From Phoronis australis (taxonomy: Eukaryota > Animalia > Phoronida): DNA of 64,000 nucleotides. Under the pieces are notes generated by a model, which was not told the origin of the DNA, ran no database searches, and was given only the letters and a program-made list of their open reading frames with translations. The translations under genes were made by a program, and so were the position numbers. Shown piece by piece: positions 52,782 through 64,000 of the stretch (positions are counted from its first letter, which is position 1; every line of letters begins with the position of its first letter). The DNA lies in contig NMRA01000015.1 of the NCBI GenBank assembly GCA_002633005.1, positions 132,054 through 196,053 on the forward strand. Direction: 5' to 3'.

Positions 52782-53234
52782 CTAGAAATAAATAAAGCAA
52801 AGGAAACTGAAAAAAATAATTAATTGAATTAAATGTCTTAACACAATTGCGTATTTTGAGCAGCCAATCCATGATTGTACTGAATTTATCTCCGCTGGAC
52901 AAGTCTTAAGCTCCTAAGCTTACTGGCAAATTCTCGAGCCTTGATAACAATAAGACTTGCAAATACAAAATGGCAATTTTAGCAATTCTTTTACCTAAAT
53001 TGATTTTGTCACCAGAAACAGATTCATTAAATAGTAAGAGTAAAGTCTATCTTTGTTTGACTCTGTTGCTTAGTGAATTCATTTTACATCACCACAGTGA
53101 GTATCTGAGTGTGCAGCAGATGTCCAAACATGAACACATGATACATGATTACATAGGTATAAGGTAAAATATCACTTAGTACAAATTGTAGCACATAAAC
53201 TATTAGTAACTATATATGCAATTAATAACAATAT

Positions 53235-53505
53235 ATGTAAATAGTAACTATATAATGTAAATAGCAACTATGTATGTAAATAGTAACTATGTATGTAACT
53301 AGCAACTATGTATGTAAATAGTAACTATACTATGTAAATAGTAACTATGTATGTAAACAGTATCTATGTAATTAACTATGTATGTAAATAGTAACTATGT
53401 ATGTAAATAGTAACTATGTATGTAAATAGTATCTAAATAGTAACTATGTATGTAAATAGTAACTATGTAAATAGTAACTATGTATGCAAATAGTAACTAT
53501 ATATG
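53235..53505. repeat. 19-bp minisatellite TAGTAACTATGTATGTAAA
   Basis: About 14 copies. Confidence 0.93.
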
Positions 53506-53614
53506 AAAATCTTAAACTGGCACAGAAGTATAGATCACAAACATTTTAATTCTGGTCTACACACCACGAGCAGGATGCCCACTGCTAAGTCTGATTGGAT
53601 TTCTGTGTATGACA

Positions 53615-53740
53615 GGTGGTCCTGATGGTTCAGTGGTCCCGATGGCTCAGTTGCTACAGCATGGATAGCGGAAGGCCCTAGGTTAGAGGCCCGGTTGGGG
53701 AAGAAATCTTTTCAGACTTACGTTAGGTAACGTGATGTGG
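53615..53740 (+). mobile_element. tRNA-derived SINE head with duplicated A-box
   Basis: GGTCCTGATGGTTCAGT-GGTCCCGATGGCTCAGTTG, then a degenerate B-box and CCCGGTTGGGG..TTTTCAGACT shared with 55270-55390. Confidence 0.6.
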
Positions 53741-54370
53741 CCAATAGGTGGTGTGGGTGTGCAGACCAGACTTGTGACAAATGATTAGTGTAGCACCAAA
53801 TTACTAGTTGCTTTGTCATTATCAAGTTACGTACCGCAACTGCGGTATTGTGGTATACACAAACAATAATCACTGTTACCCATGGAAAATCAATGGCATT
53901 GTGACAACTCAAACAGACACAACAAGCAGAATTTCCCATTATTTTGGCCAACTCACTTTACATAATGGAGCCTCATAATGCTGACACACTGCACATACTT
54001 ATGGCTGCAGAACCAAGCTATTTAATATTATAACTGCTATACACCATTCATGTTCTGGGATCAAAACTATTTTTTTCCAAAGGCGTGTTAGCCGTTCAAA
54101 AGCAAAGTCATGTTCTATCCATTGCATAAATTGAACTTGATCGCAACAAAACAACTGTAATTCCTCTGACAGCCATATTGGTTCAGTGACTGACACTAAG
54201 CAGCCGTTACAAGCAACAGGTGTAAAGCACCAACAATCTAACAGTTCTCCTCAAGCCTTGAATTTCAAATCTTAGTAAGAAACAAAACTGATTTCATAAC
54301 TATACGTGCACCTACGAAGCAAAAGGTGTGAGTTTATTGTGCTTTTTATTTGATGCTCGACTTGCCATAC

Positions 54371-54539
54371 CAGCTGTCTTGGAATGTCCGCCATCAACAC
54401 CACTGCTTGCTGATTCATAAATGGACACAGTCTTGTCGTAATATTCAGACACACTTATTTGGCCATTAGTGACTGCTTTTTGTAAAGAGCTGCTCGCCTG
54501 TTTCTTGATATTACTTTTCCCATCCATTCCATATTCGGC
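54371..54539 (-). CDS. ZUP1: ZUP1 exon (helical arm / alpha2-3 region)
   Basis: cttcgtag|GCC...GCTG|gtatgg; AEYGMDGKSNIKKQ...SASSGVDGGHSKTA resembles ZUP1 QYGLD...GFDDGKTKTS; 169 nt, phase 0 to 1. Confidence 0.92.
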
Positions 54540-54660
54540 CTACGAAGTAACAAAGTAAGTTCTCAAAATAAAATATGAATGCCACAAATAAGCTTTTTCA
54601 CATAATGTATTAAGTCATTTTGACAAAATTTGACAAAGCGAAAGTGTCTAATTTCTCTAG

Positions 54661-54869
54661 ATGAACGATCGCCACAGACTCTGATTCTGTGTATGAATAG
54701 AGTAATACACTGTGGAGTCATGTGGTCACATCACGTGACCTAGGCTAGTAATTTCAGCCTGAAATGAATGCTGTCTCGACTGACCTGATGTGATGTGACC
54801 ACATATGACTACGTATTAGGTTATTTACTCCATGTATACATAGAACACAGGTCTGCAATAATCTTTCAT
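54661..54869. mobile_element. Small degenerate palindromic MITE
   Basis: AGTCATGTGGTCACATCAC / GTGATGTGACCACATATGACT plus outer-arm pairing. Confidence 0.55.
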
Positions 54870-54937
54870 ATTTACTAACAACATGGACGTGAAGTTCTTT
54901 GAGACACGATTAAGTCTGGATTTCTGTTTTGAACAAG

Positions 54938-55292
54938 CGGTACTGTGGTGGTACTGAGGTGGTACTAAGGTGATACCTGAGTGGTACTGATGGGTCAGTG
55001 GATAGGTGGTACTGATGAGTCAGTGGACAGGTGGTACTGATGGGTCATTGGACAGGTGGTACTGATGGGTCATTGGTCAGGTGGTAGTGATGGGTCAGTG
55101 GACAGGTGGTAGTGATGGGTCAGTGGACAGGTGGTACTGATGGTCACCAGACAGGTGGTACTGAGGTGGTACTGATGGTCAATGGACAGGTGGTACTGAT
55201 GGGTCAGTGGACGGTAGGTACTGATGGCTTAGTGGACAGGCGGTACTGATGGGTCAGTCAGTGGACGGGTGGTACTGATGGGTCAGTGGACT
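54938..55292. repeat. 25-bp minisatellite GGTGGTACTGATGGGTCAGTGGACA running into a SINE head
   Basis: About 13-15 copies; the last copy continues into a SINE body (to ~55390). Confidence 0.92.
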
Positions 55293-55814
55293 ACAGTGAG
55301 TCCATAGGGATTGTTGATCTAAGGTCCTGGGTTTGAGCCCCGGTTGGGGCAGCAATATTTTCAGACTAGTTACAAGGTCACATGATGAGACTACATATGA
55401 CTCTGTAGGGTACCTAACATGATGCTACTACATATGACTCTGTAGGGTACCTATTCTTAGAAATATCTTAAAGAAAGCCGAACAGAGTGCCACAGTAGTG
55501 GAATTTGTTGAATAGTGCCGGCACATACCATTATCGAAGGAACAAATGAATCTGACTCAAGATAGCGCAGCAAAACGCCAGCATCCAGGTTCTGCGTTCA
55601 TTTCCAATGAGCAACTCACTATCGTTTCCAAGAGTCTTTGTCAGCCATATGTGTTTGATCAATGGAGGTCAATACAGAACCAAGATGCAGACCTTTTGCT
55701 GCGCCGTTAACGTCACTTTCAAGGGAACAGTAATTAAGACGGTGTCTCCTCGAGATATGGTTGTTTTTCCCCTGGAAGCAGTCTCCTGACATCAACCATG
55801 AACAGCATGCTCAC

Positions 55815-55912
55815 CTGTAGTTTTTGAAACTCCAAGTGTTCCTTGTGTTTCCTAGCTTCTCTGTTTCGTCGCGCCATCTCTTGAGCAATTTGATTGTGCG
55901 TCACTTCCATAA
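55815..55912 (-). CDS. ZUP1: ZUP1 exon: MIU-position helix and start of the helical arm (not in ORF track)
   Basis: tttcacag|TT...CTACAG|gtgagc; encodes (V)MEVTHNQIAQEMARRNREARKHKEHLEFQKLQ, matching the ZUP1 EFQKLQ motif; 98 nt, phase 1 to 0. Confidence 0.9.
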
Positions 55913-55984
55913 CTGTGAAACGAGTAGAGGCAAAACAGTAGAGATTATTAAGAATAATGCAAATCTTGACGGTATGTCAGAATT

Positions 55985-56212
55985 AGACCGTATGTTATTA
56001 GAGCTACAGCGAATGAGAGAGTGTGCCATTAGAGCTACAGTGAATGAGACCGTGTGTCATTAGAGATACAGTGAATGAGAGTGTGTGCCATTAAAGCTAC
56101 AGCGAATGAGACCGTGTGTCATTAGAGCTACAATGAATAAAATTGTGTGCCATTAAAACTACAATGACTGAGAGTGTGTGCCATTAGAGCTACAGCGAAT
56201 GAGAGTGTGTCA
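55985..56212. repeat. ~31-bp minisatellite GTGTGCCATTAGAGCTACAGCGAATGAGA
   Basis: About 7 copies. Confidence 0.9.
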
Positions 56213-56279
56213 CCAATCAGATCATTCAGAACCTGTCACGTGACCACTGAACTGCAAAACTCGAGTAAGTCAAAATAAG

Positions 56280-57470
56280 ACTTTTTAACACTTGGTTCTC
56301 TACAAATCATACGGAAACCCTCTTAAACAAAATGACCACAATAGGAGGAGCTACAGAGGTCGAATACGCCAGAAAATTGTGGTGCCACATTGCCATAACA
56401 TACCTCTGAGAAAACTTTCATTAAGACTAAGAGACTCCTGCGTCAAGTTTCAGTGAAAACCATCAATCGATTTAAATATCATCCGGAAGCACTCTTCCCT
56501 CAAACAACAGCCTCATGTCGAAAACTAAACGGCCACTAGGAGGTCCTACAAAGGTTGAAACCGCCCGAAAATCTAGTGGTGCCACATTGCCATAACATAA
56601 CTTTCATTGAAATCCTTCACTCAGTTCTCTACATGTCATTCGCTCGGAAATCAATTTATGCTGGTGCAATCTCAAGTTTCACTGAAATAATAAATAATGA
56701 TAACGATAATGATAATAATAATGTTAATATACAGCATGGGCCTCTTAAAATCTGTCAATTGATTTTTTAAACATCATCCGGAAATGCTCTTCTCCCTAAC
56801 AACACTTCAGAAACCCCACGTCAAAAACAAAATGGCCACTAGGAGGTACTAGAGTGGTCGCATCTGCCACCACTTTTCCATCACAAACCAGTGTCAACTT
56901 TCATTGAAATACTTCAATGGGTACTCTACATATTATACGAAAATGCCCTCACACAAAATGGCCACTAGGAGTCACAGCAGTAGCCGGATCTGACTGAAAA
57001 TCAAATGGTGCCGGCACAATGTCATAATATACCTCTGTGTCAAGTTTCAACATAATCCGCTCATTGGTTCTCTAGATATCATTCAGAAACGCTTTTCTCC
57101 CTAAAACAACACATGAAAAGCCCCTTGTCAAGAACAAAATGGCCACCGCCAAGGTGATGCAGTGGTCAAATCTTCCCAAAAATTTAATTGATATCACACA
57201 CCTTTGTGTCAACTTCCATTGAAGTCTGTGAATCCTTTCTCTAGATATTATCCGGTAATGCTCTTCCCCCCAAAATACATAAAAGCTAATAAAGCCCCCC
57301 CTGATCCCAGGGTGTGGCGCAGATTGAAAAGTGGCACAAACTGTCTAGGGATGTACTACAACTTGCCAAATTTCATCACCAGGGGTTTTTGAGATATCGA
57401 GCAGGCACCCGGACAACGTAACAACCGGACACCCAGACAAAGTGACGGCACTATGTGACAACATATACAT
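56280..57470. mobile_element. HINE-like repeat, same family as 48629-51120
   Basis: Repeated AAAATGGCCACTAGGA and TTTCATTGAAATCC units; shared CCCCCCTGA..ATTGAAAAGTGGCA segment near the end. Confidence 0.7.
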
Positions 57471-58617
57471 GTATAATTTAACGTAAACGTATGAAAATGT
57501 AATTTTAGCAATTATTTTTGTGTGAAATTGGTGAGACTTTACCGTAATGATTTACTACATCAGTTATCATAAATTTTATAAAGGATCAGAATGGACAGTA
57601 ATCATAAAGGATATGCATGTTATTAACCAAGAATTTGTCCAATGAGAATAACATGCAGTCTTCACAGTCATGTTTTTTGCAACAATAATTAAGACTATAT
57701 ATTGAAAATTGAAAAACCTATCTAATCTAAAGCCAAACAATAGCAACTATGATGTGCATTAACGGTAAAACCACAGGGAAAACATTAAGTACACACTGAT
57801 GGATTTTTAAGAGTAGACTGGAGAGTTACAACCTGTGCCTTTATTTGCTCTAAGTGCCAATTGATATCAATATTGTTATAGATGCCATGGAGGTCTTCAC
57901 TAAGGAAGTACCAATGACTTCCAAACAATCCGTCTGGTAACGAACCTTAATTAATGAAATGAACAGGAACAAAACCTAAGATGGAAAGGATTCTGGTATA
58001 GATATTTGCCAAATAATAAAGGTTGGTCAGGAAAACAACAAATACACCAGAAAAAGGTTGTAGATGCTGAATGGAAAGTTTAAACAAAATCTAGGTTCTG
58101 TGCAAGATTTTGGTGGGCAAACCACGAGCAGAGAAGTGTAACAGTGATGGTGACTAGTGTCACAAGTGAGAGCACGTCACTCAGCCAAATGATGATAATC
58201 ATCAGGAACAATTGCTGACCATCAGTAAAACGGAACATTGGGGTAAATAAAGTCTGCATGCCAGTCAACCCCACTGGGGATGATGAGCAAGACCACCAAC
58301 GAGTCACTTTAAATGTAATCACACCGTCATGACGTCAGGGCGGAAGCCAAATTCATAGTCAGAGTAGTCTCCCCTGATGACCGAGAATGAAGGGGAATTA
58401 ACAGGAAAGTCAGTAAAGTGGCCAATCTGTAATTAAGAATTTTGGTACCACAATATTTATTACCAATACTTTTGGTGTTAATAGAATTAGCAGTCATGGC
58501 TGTATTTAGTCTGGTTACTAAATTTATCTTGTACTACTCAATAATACTGAGACTGTCCTTCATCAAGTTAAGACCTAATAACACAATTTAGATACTAGAT
58601 TATCTTCCTCCATAAAC

Positions 58618-58797
58618 ACCACACAGCCATTCTCATCAACAGCATCTCTTTCTCATCAGATACAGACCACACAGGCTTTCTCATCAATAGTAACTTTTCT
58701 CATCAGATACAGACCACACAGGCTTTCTTATCAACAGCATCTTTTCTCATCAGATACAGACCACACAGGCGTTCTCATAAATAGAGTTTTTTCTCAC
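58618..58797. repeat. 47-bp minisatellite
   Basis: 3-4 copies of TCTCATCAGATACAGACCACACAGGCTTTCTCATCAACAGCATCTTT. Confidence 0.85.
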
Positions 58798-59045
58798 CAT
58801 TGTGCCACAATTCTGTTCTTATGAACACATTGTTATTGTGAACTGCAGCAGCTGACATAAAAATGCAGTTCACATGAGAAAAATTACCTCAACATACAAA
58901 ATGAAGTACTTTCATGAGAACAGCATTGAGGTACGAGGAAAAATTCAACTGAAAATTGTATTCATAAGAAAAGAATGTTATCTTTCATGAAAATGTCCAT
59001 GTGGACAGTGACTTAGGAAGAAAGTATAGACTGACTAGTACACAC

Positions 59046-60372
59046 CTGGTGTTTGCTCAGTAGAGAAGTGACCATTAACATGAGAATTTAGAGTGCTGAC
59101 ATCTGCAAACTCCATACCACATACTGGGCAACCGGGGCTGTCCAGGGTCTCTGACAATGGCGTCACTGCTGGACTCAGTATATCCACGTGTTCCCTGTTG
59201 ACGTGAAACTCTAGTAAAGATGTGTTGGTGAAGGAATGGCCGCAGATAGGACATTCGGCTATGACATTGCAATTTTGATCATTATCTGGTGTTTTTAAAG
59301 ATTTTGTGTTGTGAGAAGTTGATCTTCGATTACTCTCGATTTTCAAATTATGGTCCTGAGGTTTGGCAGGACTCAGGATATTTTGATGAACATGATTCAC
59401 ATGCTCCAAAATGTGCTGGTCGTTAGGCGTAGACCAATCACAAAAAGGACACTGATGAACTTCAGAAGGGCTTGCAGCGCACGCTTGGTTGTCCAAATTG
59501 GCAGGCGATAGCCTCAGAATTGCATTGGTTGTATTTTTAGGAATTGCGCCAGTTTTCTTTGGACTGCATGAGCGCTGAAAATCAAGCACTAGTTTTGACC
59601 TCAAGTCGTCTTGATTAATAGTCCTATTAAAACTGTCTACTTTGGTGTCAACTGTTCTACTTCCAGTGAAACCTGCACTGTCATCCAACTCTAAACTATC
59701 ACTACTCTCCGACATATGCACAGCTCTGTCTGGACTGGTCACAGAATCGCTACCAGTTGTACTTATTGACATCATCATAGAATCGGACACTTTAGACACA
59801 TACGATGTCCTATCGTTGTTGCCAGAAATGACTTCGCTGATGTCAGCATTATTTCCCACTTTGAGTTCGTCGACAGAGATATCCATAGGCACTGCATGCG
59901 TCTCACAATCACCTCCATCATTAGCCTCATTTTGACAGCGAGCATGAGATGATCCCATATCCAACTCGGTCACCTCAGATACCGAGTCAACTACATGCCA
60001 ACCTTCCTCCTCCAGTGGACTGACTAACACCTGCAGACCATCTGATGCTGCCGACGATGATGTAACTGCAGAAATCGGAGACAAATCATTACAACTACCC
60101 TCCTCAGGTGTTTCCTGAAGACTGATATTCTCTTGAAGATTGCTATTTTTCAAGCATGTAAGATTTTTCTGCTCGACCAGTTTGCTAGTGTACTCAAACT
60201 TCTCTGAATCGTTCTTGGTTCGGTCAAAATCCTCCGGGAAACCATCACTGGAGAAGCTGTCTGGTGTTTTTAAGTCCAAGTGAGCTGTATTCACGTGTAG
60301 GTTCATTTCATCCGCTGTAATTCCCTCCAGGTCACAGATTGGACAGCTGATAATTCCCTCAACATGTTGAAC
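59046..60372 (-). CDS. ZUP1: ZUP1 large exon: four C2H2/UBZ-like zinc fingers plus a long Ser/Asp-rich linker
   Basis: Acceptor tggcag|GTTCAACAT; open 1327 nt (VQHVEGIISCPICDL...CPFCD...CPICG...CPVCG...HVNGHFSTEQTP); donor CAG|gtgtgt, phase 1, matching the next exon. Confidence 0.9.
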
Positions 60373-60503
60373 CTGCCACAGAAATCAATACAATCAAGCA
60401 GAAATGTAAATAGAGCAGGAGAGTAGAATTCCCCCAGTTGTAATAGTGTAGTAATTGCATAGAGCTACCATTAAGACACTGTTCTTCAGTAAACAGTTCT
60501 TAA

Positions 60504-61603
60504 AGGGACATACGCTGAAGTCTTTTTATATGCAAAAATATCAATTCAAAAACAGATCACAACAAATATAAACAACTTGCAAGGCATATATAATACATTT
60601 CACAGTCATTTGGAAAAACATGCAACTTAAAAATGTAACGCACTGCTTTGCTGATGGAAGGAAGTAGCCACGTCCTATTTTCAACTTTTTTTTGCAGAGG
60701 TAGAAAAATGCATTGTACGATTAACCTTCTGAATTAAGTTTGACAATGATATATCCGTTACTAGCATACAAAAGGTGATGCTGTGTTACTGATTTGGTAC
60801 GCCATCGAGTAATAAACTGGTCGTCTGCATCAAATTAGTGTGCAGCCAACAGCAAACAACATAACCTGAAGTTAGCAAAATTGCATTGCACTTACTCAGC
60901 TTGTCAAATTGGTTGTCACCATTTTACGTCACTATGCAACACTAAGGCGGAGACAGCAGTAAGTAGGTCAACAGTTCATTGTGATACATATCACGCATTG
61001 GGGAGACTGATATCAAGAAACTAACTACGGAAATAGAAAATAGAAATAGAGTTGGTGATTAAAGCATGCTGTGTGCATGAGATCGAAACAGCAAAATGTC
61101 AAATTACCGGTGAAATTAGTGAATTTGGGTGAGGATTTATCTTTTTTCATAATTTACTGCAATTGTGAACACAGAAGCCATGTGGCAACTAGGACAGAAT
61201 ATGTGCATTCATTCTCAATGGTCGGATACTTAGCATGCAGACACACAACTTCTTCAGGAACAAAACTACACTTTGTTTCGGATTTTCTCAGCATCTTTCT
61301 AGGCTATGTACACCTCGCTGACTCAATATCATGGCGACTCACTGAATGAAAGGATTGTGAGTACATACGCAACTGCTCTAGGCCTGACGGAAGGTTCGAT
61401 TTGAGTGACAGCTCTGTAACTTTTGAATTTGGATAAGCAAACAAATTTCCACACGAGTGAGGTGGGTCTTGGAAATTTTTTTCTACCATAAACAGGAAAG
61501 AAATCGATTTTAAAGTTACCTAGATAATGAAGATAAAAGATTTATCCACACAGGCATTCAATTGTAAAAAACTAAAAATTTAAAAGTAAAGTCCTACATA
61601 TCC
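60504..61603. mobile_element. Kolobok-like element related to 1307-2695
   Basis: 61120-61603 aligns with 2226-2695; ends ATATCC|TTAA; left end (TTAA|AGGGACATA) is degenerate and uncertain. Confidence 0.65.
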
Positions 61604-61691
61604 TTAAATGCCTATATACATGTAGATTTCGCATTCTCAACGACCCTTTCTCATTGCCTTCTTTAGAAGACTTTTCTTGGTACTTTGTTTC

Positions 61692-61887
61692 ACATATATG
61701 CGCACACGTCTATGTGCACGCACGTGTGTGTGTGTGCTTGCACGTGTGTGTGTGCACACATGTATGTGTGTGCACGCTTGCACGTGTGTGTGCACACATG
61801 TGTGTGTGTGCACGCACATGTGTGTGCATGTGGATATGCGCATGTGTGTATGCGTGTGGACGTGTGAGTGTGTGTGTGTGTTTGCAC
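61692..61887. repeat. Compound (GT)n/GTGCAC microsatellite
   Basis: Alternating purine-pyrimidine tract; explains the low-complexity ORFs in all frames. Confidence 0.92.
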
Positions 61888-63762
61888 AGTAATACATAAT
61901 TATTATAAATGTTTAATACAATAAAAAGTGTAAATACTTAGAAAAGAACCGGAGTCGACCTCAAGGTGCTTAGTGTCCCTGGGATTGTAATAATTTTCAA
62001 TGATATTCACTCGAGCTCCCTATATCGTTGACAGTCGTTTGCAGTGCAACAATACAGCACACGGCCAAGAAAGATAAAAAACTAATGATTTCCCGGGAAC
62101 ATTATTTGCAGTGACCCTAACTGCAACATTTGGCAATGGCCAATATTTTATGTAAGCATGGTAATTTCTCATTTTTGGATTAAAAGTGATTTCAAAAGTT
62201 CCATGCATTTGCCTGATTGCATCATTAAAAAATGATCATAATTTTGTTGTAAGTTTGTGTTATCCATCCAGTATACTCTGCTTACAGAAAGAAATAACGT
62301 TCCTACTGTTTTGTTTCAAAATATGACAAGAAAATATAATTTAAAAAATTAGTGTGCCCACGATATTGTGTGCTGAACTAAAAAGCATTTATTGTACGGT
62401 ACAAAAACACATATTTGTACAATGTGTCCAACATTAACCTAGAAAGCAGTGTACCTCATTCACTAGACAGATGATTTAACACATTAGGACACTAGGACAA
62501 GCATTATGAAGACAAACAAACTTCACTGTGTACATAATGTGGACAGTCCCTTAGAGGATAACATGACAAGTGGTTTGATGGCTAAGATTCACTGATTATA
62601 TTCAGCATTCATTGATCAACTGTTCCCCTTAAGGCTATTGATTCAGCATTACTTGCCATGCAAACCTGGTCAATTATGAAATGAGATGTGATGGTTCAGC
62701 TTTAATCGACTTTGATGGAATCTACTAATAGCAAATTAGCCACATGTTGCCACCAATTTAAAGACTCAATTGCTTCCTAACCTAAAGGATACTTAACACT
62801 CACACATGGTGTCATCAAACTGACAACTATAATTTTCACAGATTTATAACTCAGAAAAACTCAGTCAAATTTAGTTATTATGTTCTGTACAAGAAGCAAA
62901 ATTTTGATTTAGACCACTTACCAAATGAATGTAAACTTAATCTCTACTAGTTTCTTAATCAAATATTTGTGATTTCCAGGTTTTGCATTGAACTGACAGT
63001 TTGTTCCTTGAGACCATGCTCTGCATAAAATGACACGGCGCAACAAGTCAACTTGCAGACCTAGGTCTCAACCAATAATGAACTGGCACTTGTTTCAAAC
63101 CAGTAAAATCTGAAAGTCCAAGTTTACAAACAAACATTATTGTAGACCAAATTCATGATAAGTCGTCTAAATAAAACTGTGTTTTTGTGATAGAAGAGAG
63201 CAAGATTTGGAGAAAAAAGTAACTGATCAATATAAGGTATAAATATTAGAAACACCAAAAAGCTATTTTGTATATTTTGTAGCCTAACAACATCAAAACT
63301 ACATCAATAAAACAATACTAAAATGTATAAAGTACTCAGGAAAATCAGCATTTATGAAAATTAAAAACATGAGACACACTAATATCTCACCAATTTGGGA
63401 CTAAAATAATAATATTGACAAAATGACCTTTTTCATTTACCAAGCTCTTCTAAAATGGCTGTGTTCACAATACTTCCAAACTTTGTTTGGTTGTACTTGT
63501 GGCATAAACCTTGAAAATGGAATAGCATTTATTTTTATACTGCACAGGCATGTTGAATGGAAAAGGATAAAGTATAATTTCACTTCTTGGCCATGTTGTG
63601 TCCTCAACTGGAGAAATTATACCACATTTGGAGAATGTCAAAATTTGTCATGCCATACGCCAATGATCACAAAATAATGCCCACGTTGGTCCATCTGCAT
63701 GGTCACCATGAGCAATAGCTCGTGCCAGTCACTGTCGGCCATCATCCGTCCTTCAATGACCC

Positions 63763-64000
63763 ATCATGGAGCCCTTCATGTCATTAGTATTTATCCATCC
63801 TGTAGCCCTTCATGTCAACAGTATTTACCCATCATGGAGCCCTTCATGTCATTAGTATTCATCCATCCTGGAGCCCTTCATGTCATTAGTATTTACCCAT
63901 CCTGGAGCCCTTCATGTCATTAGTATTCACCCATCCTGGAGCCCTTCATGTCATTAGTATTTACCCATCCTGAAGCCCTTCATGTCATTAGTATTTACCC
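63763..64000. repeat. 34-bp minisatellite CATCCTGGAGCCCTTCATGTCATTAGTATTTACC
   Basis: About 7 copies running off the window end. Confidence 0.93.

Larger units (their letters stand above)
43325..60372 (-). other. ZUP1: ZUP1/ZUFSP gene span (5'-partial), 7 coding exons found
   Basis: Exons join in frame through GT-AG introns (phases 1,0,1,1,2,1). Product has C2H2/UBZ-like fingers, the EFQKLQ helical arm and peptidase C78 motifs GWGCGYRN, YLQHQGHS and FDP. Confidence 0.95.

Noticed and set aside
59642-59935. Plus-strand 97-aa ORF
   Set aside because: Antisense shadow of the ZUP1 coding exon.
61637-61899. His/Cys/Val-rich ORFs in several frames
   Set aside because: Products of a (GT)n-type microsatellite.

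Overview
AT-rich, repeat-dense eukaryotic (invertebrate animal, probably lophotrochozoan; inference from the repeat families) genomic DNA, not prokaryotic. Two spliced protein-coding genes lie on the minus strand, both truncated by the window edges. (1) ZUP1/ZUFSP, the K63-specific deubiquitinase (peptidase C78): seven phase-consistent exons from 60372 to the stop at 43325, with the catalytic Cys/His/Asp intact. Its first exon was not found. (2) A signal-peptide, multi-CUB-domain protein: four phase-consistent exons from ATG 26201 to 6330, with the 3' part not found. The rest is a mosaic of non-autonomous DNA transposons (Kolobok-, mariner/pogo-, Harbinger-like, 5-bp-TSD MITEs, long palindromes), Helentron-associated (HINE-like) repeats, tRNA-derived SINEs, LINE and Penelope remnants, minisatellites and a 295-N assembly gap. 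Almost all ORFs in the supplied track are spurious. I found no convincing new multi-gene system. The most unusual observations are an intronic ~60-bp tandem array built from a ZUP1 splice-acceptor junction, an expanded ZUP1 zinc-finger exon with altered ubiquitin-binding motifs, a minisatellite made from a SINE A-box, and long foldback palindromes in the CUB gene's first intron.
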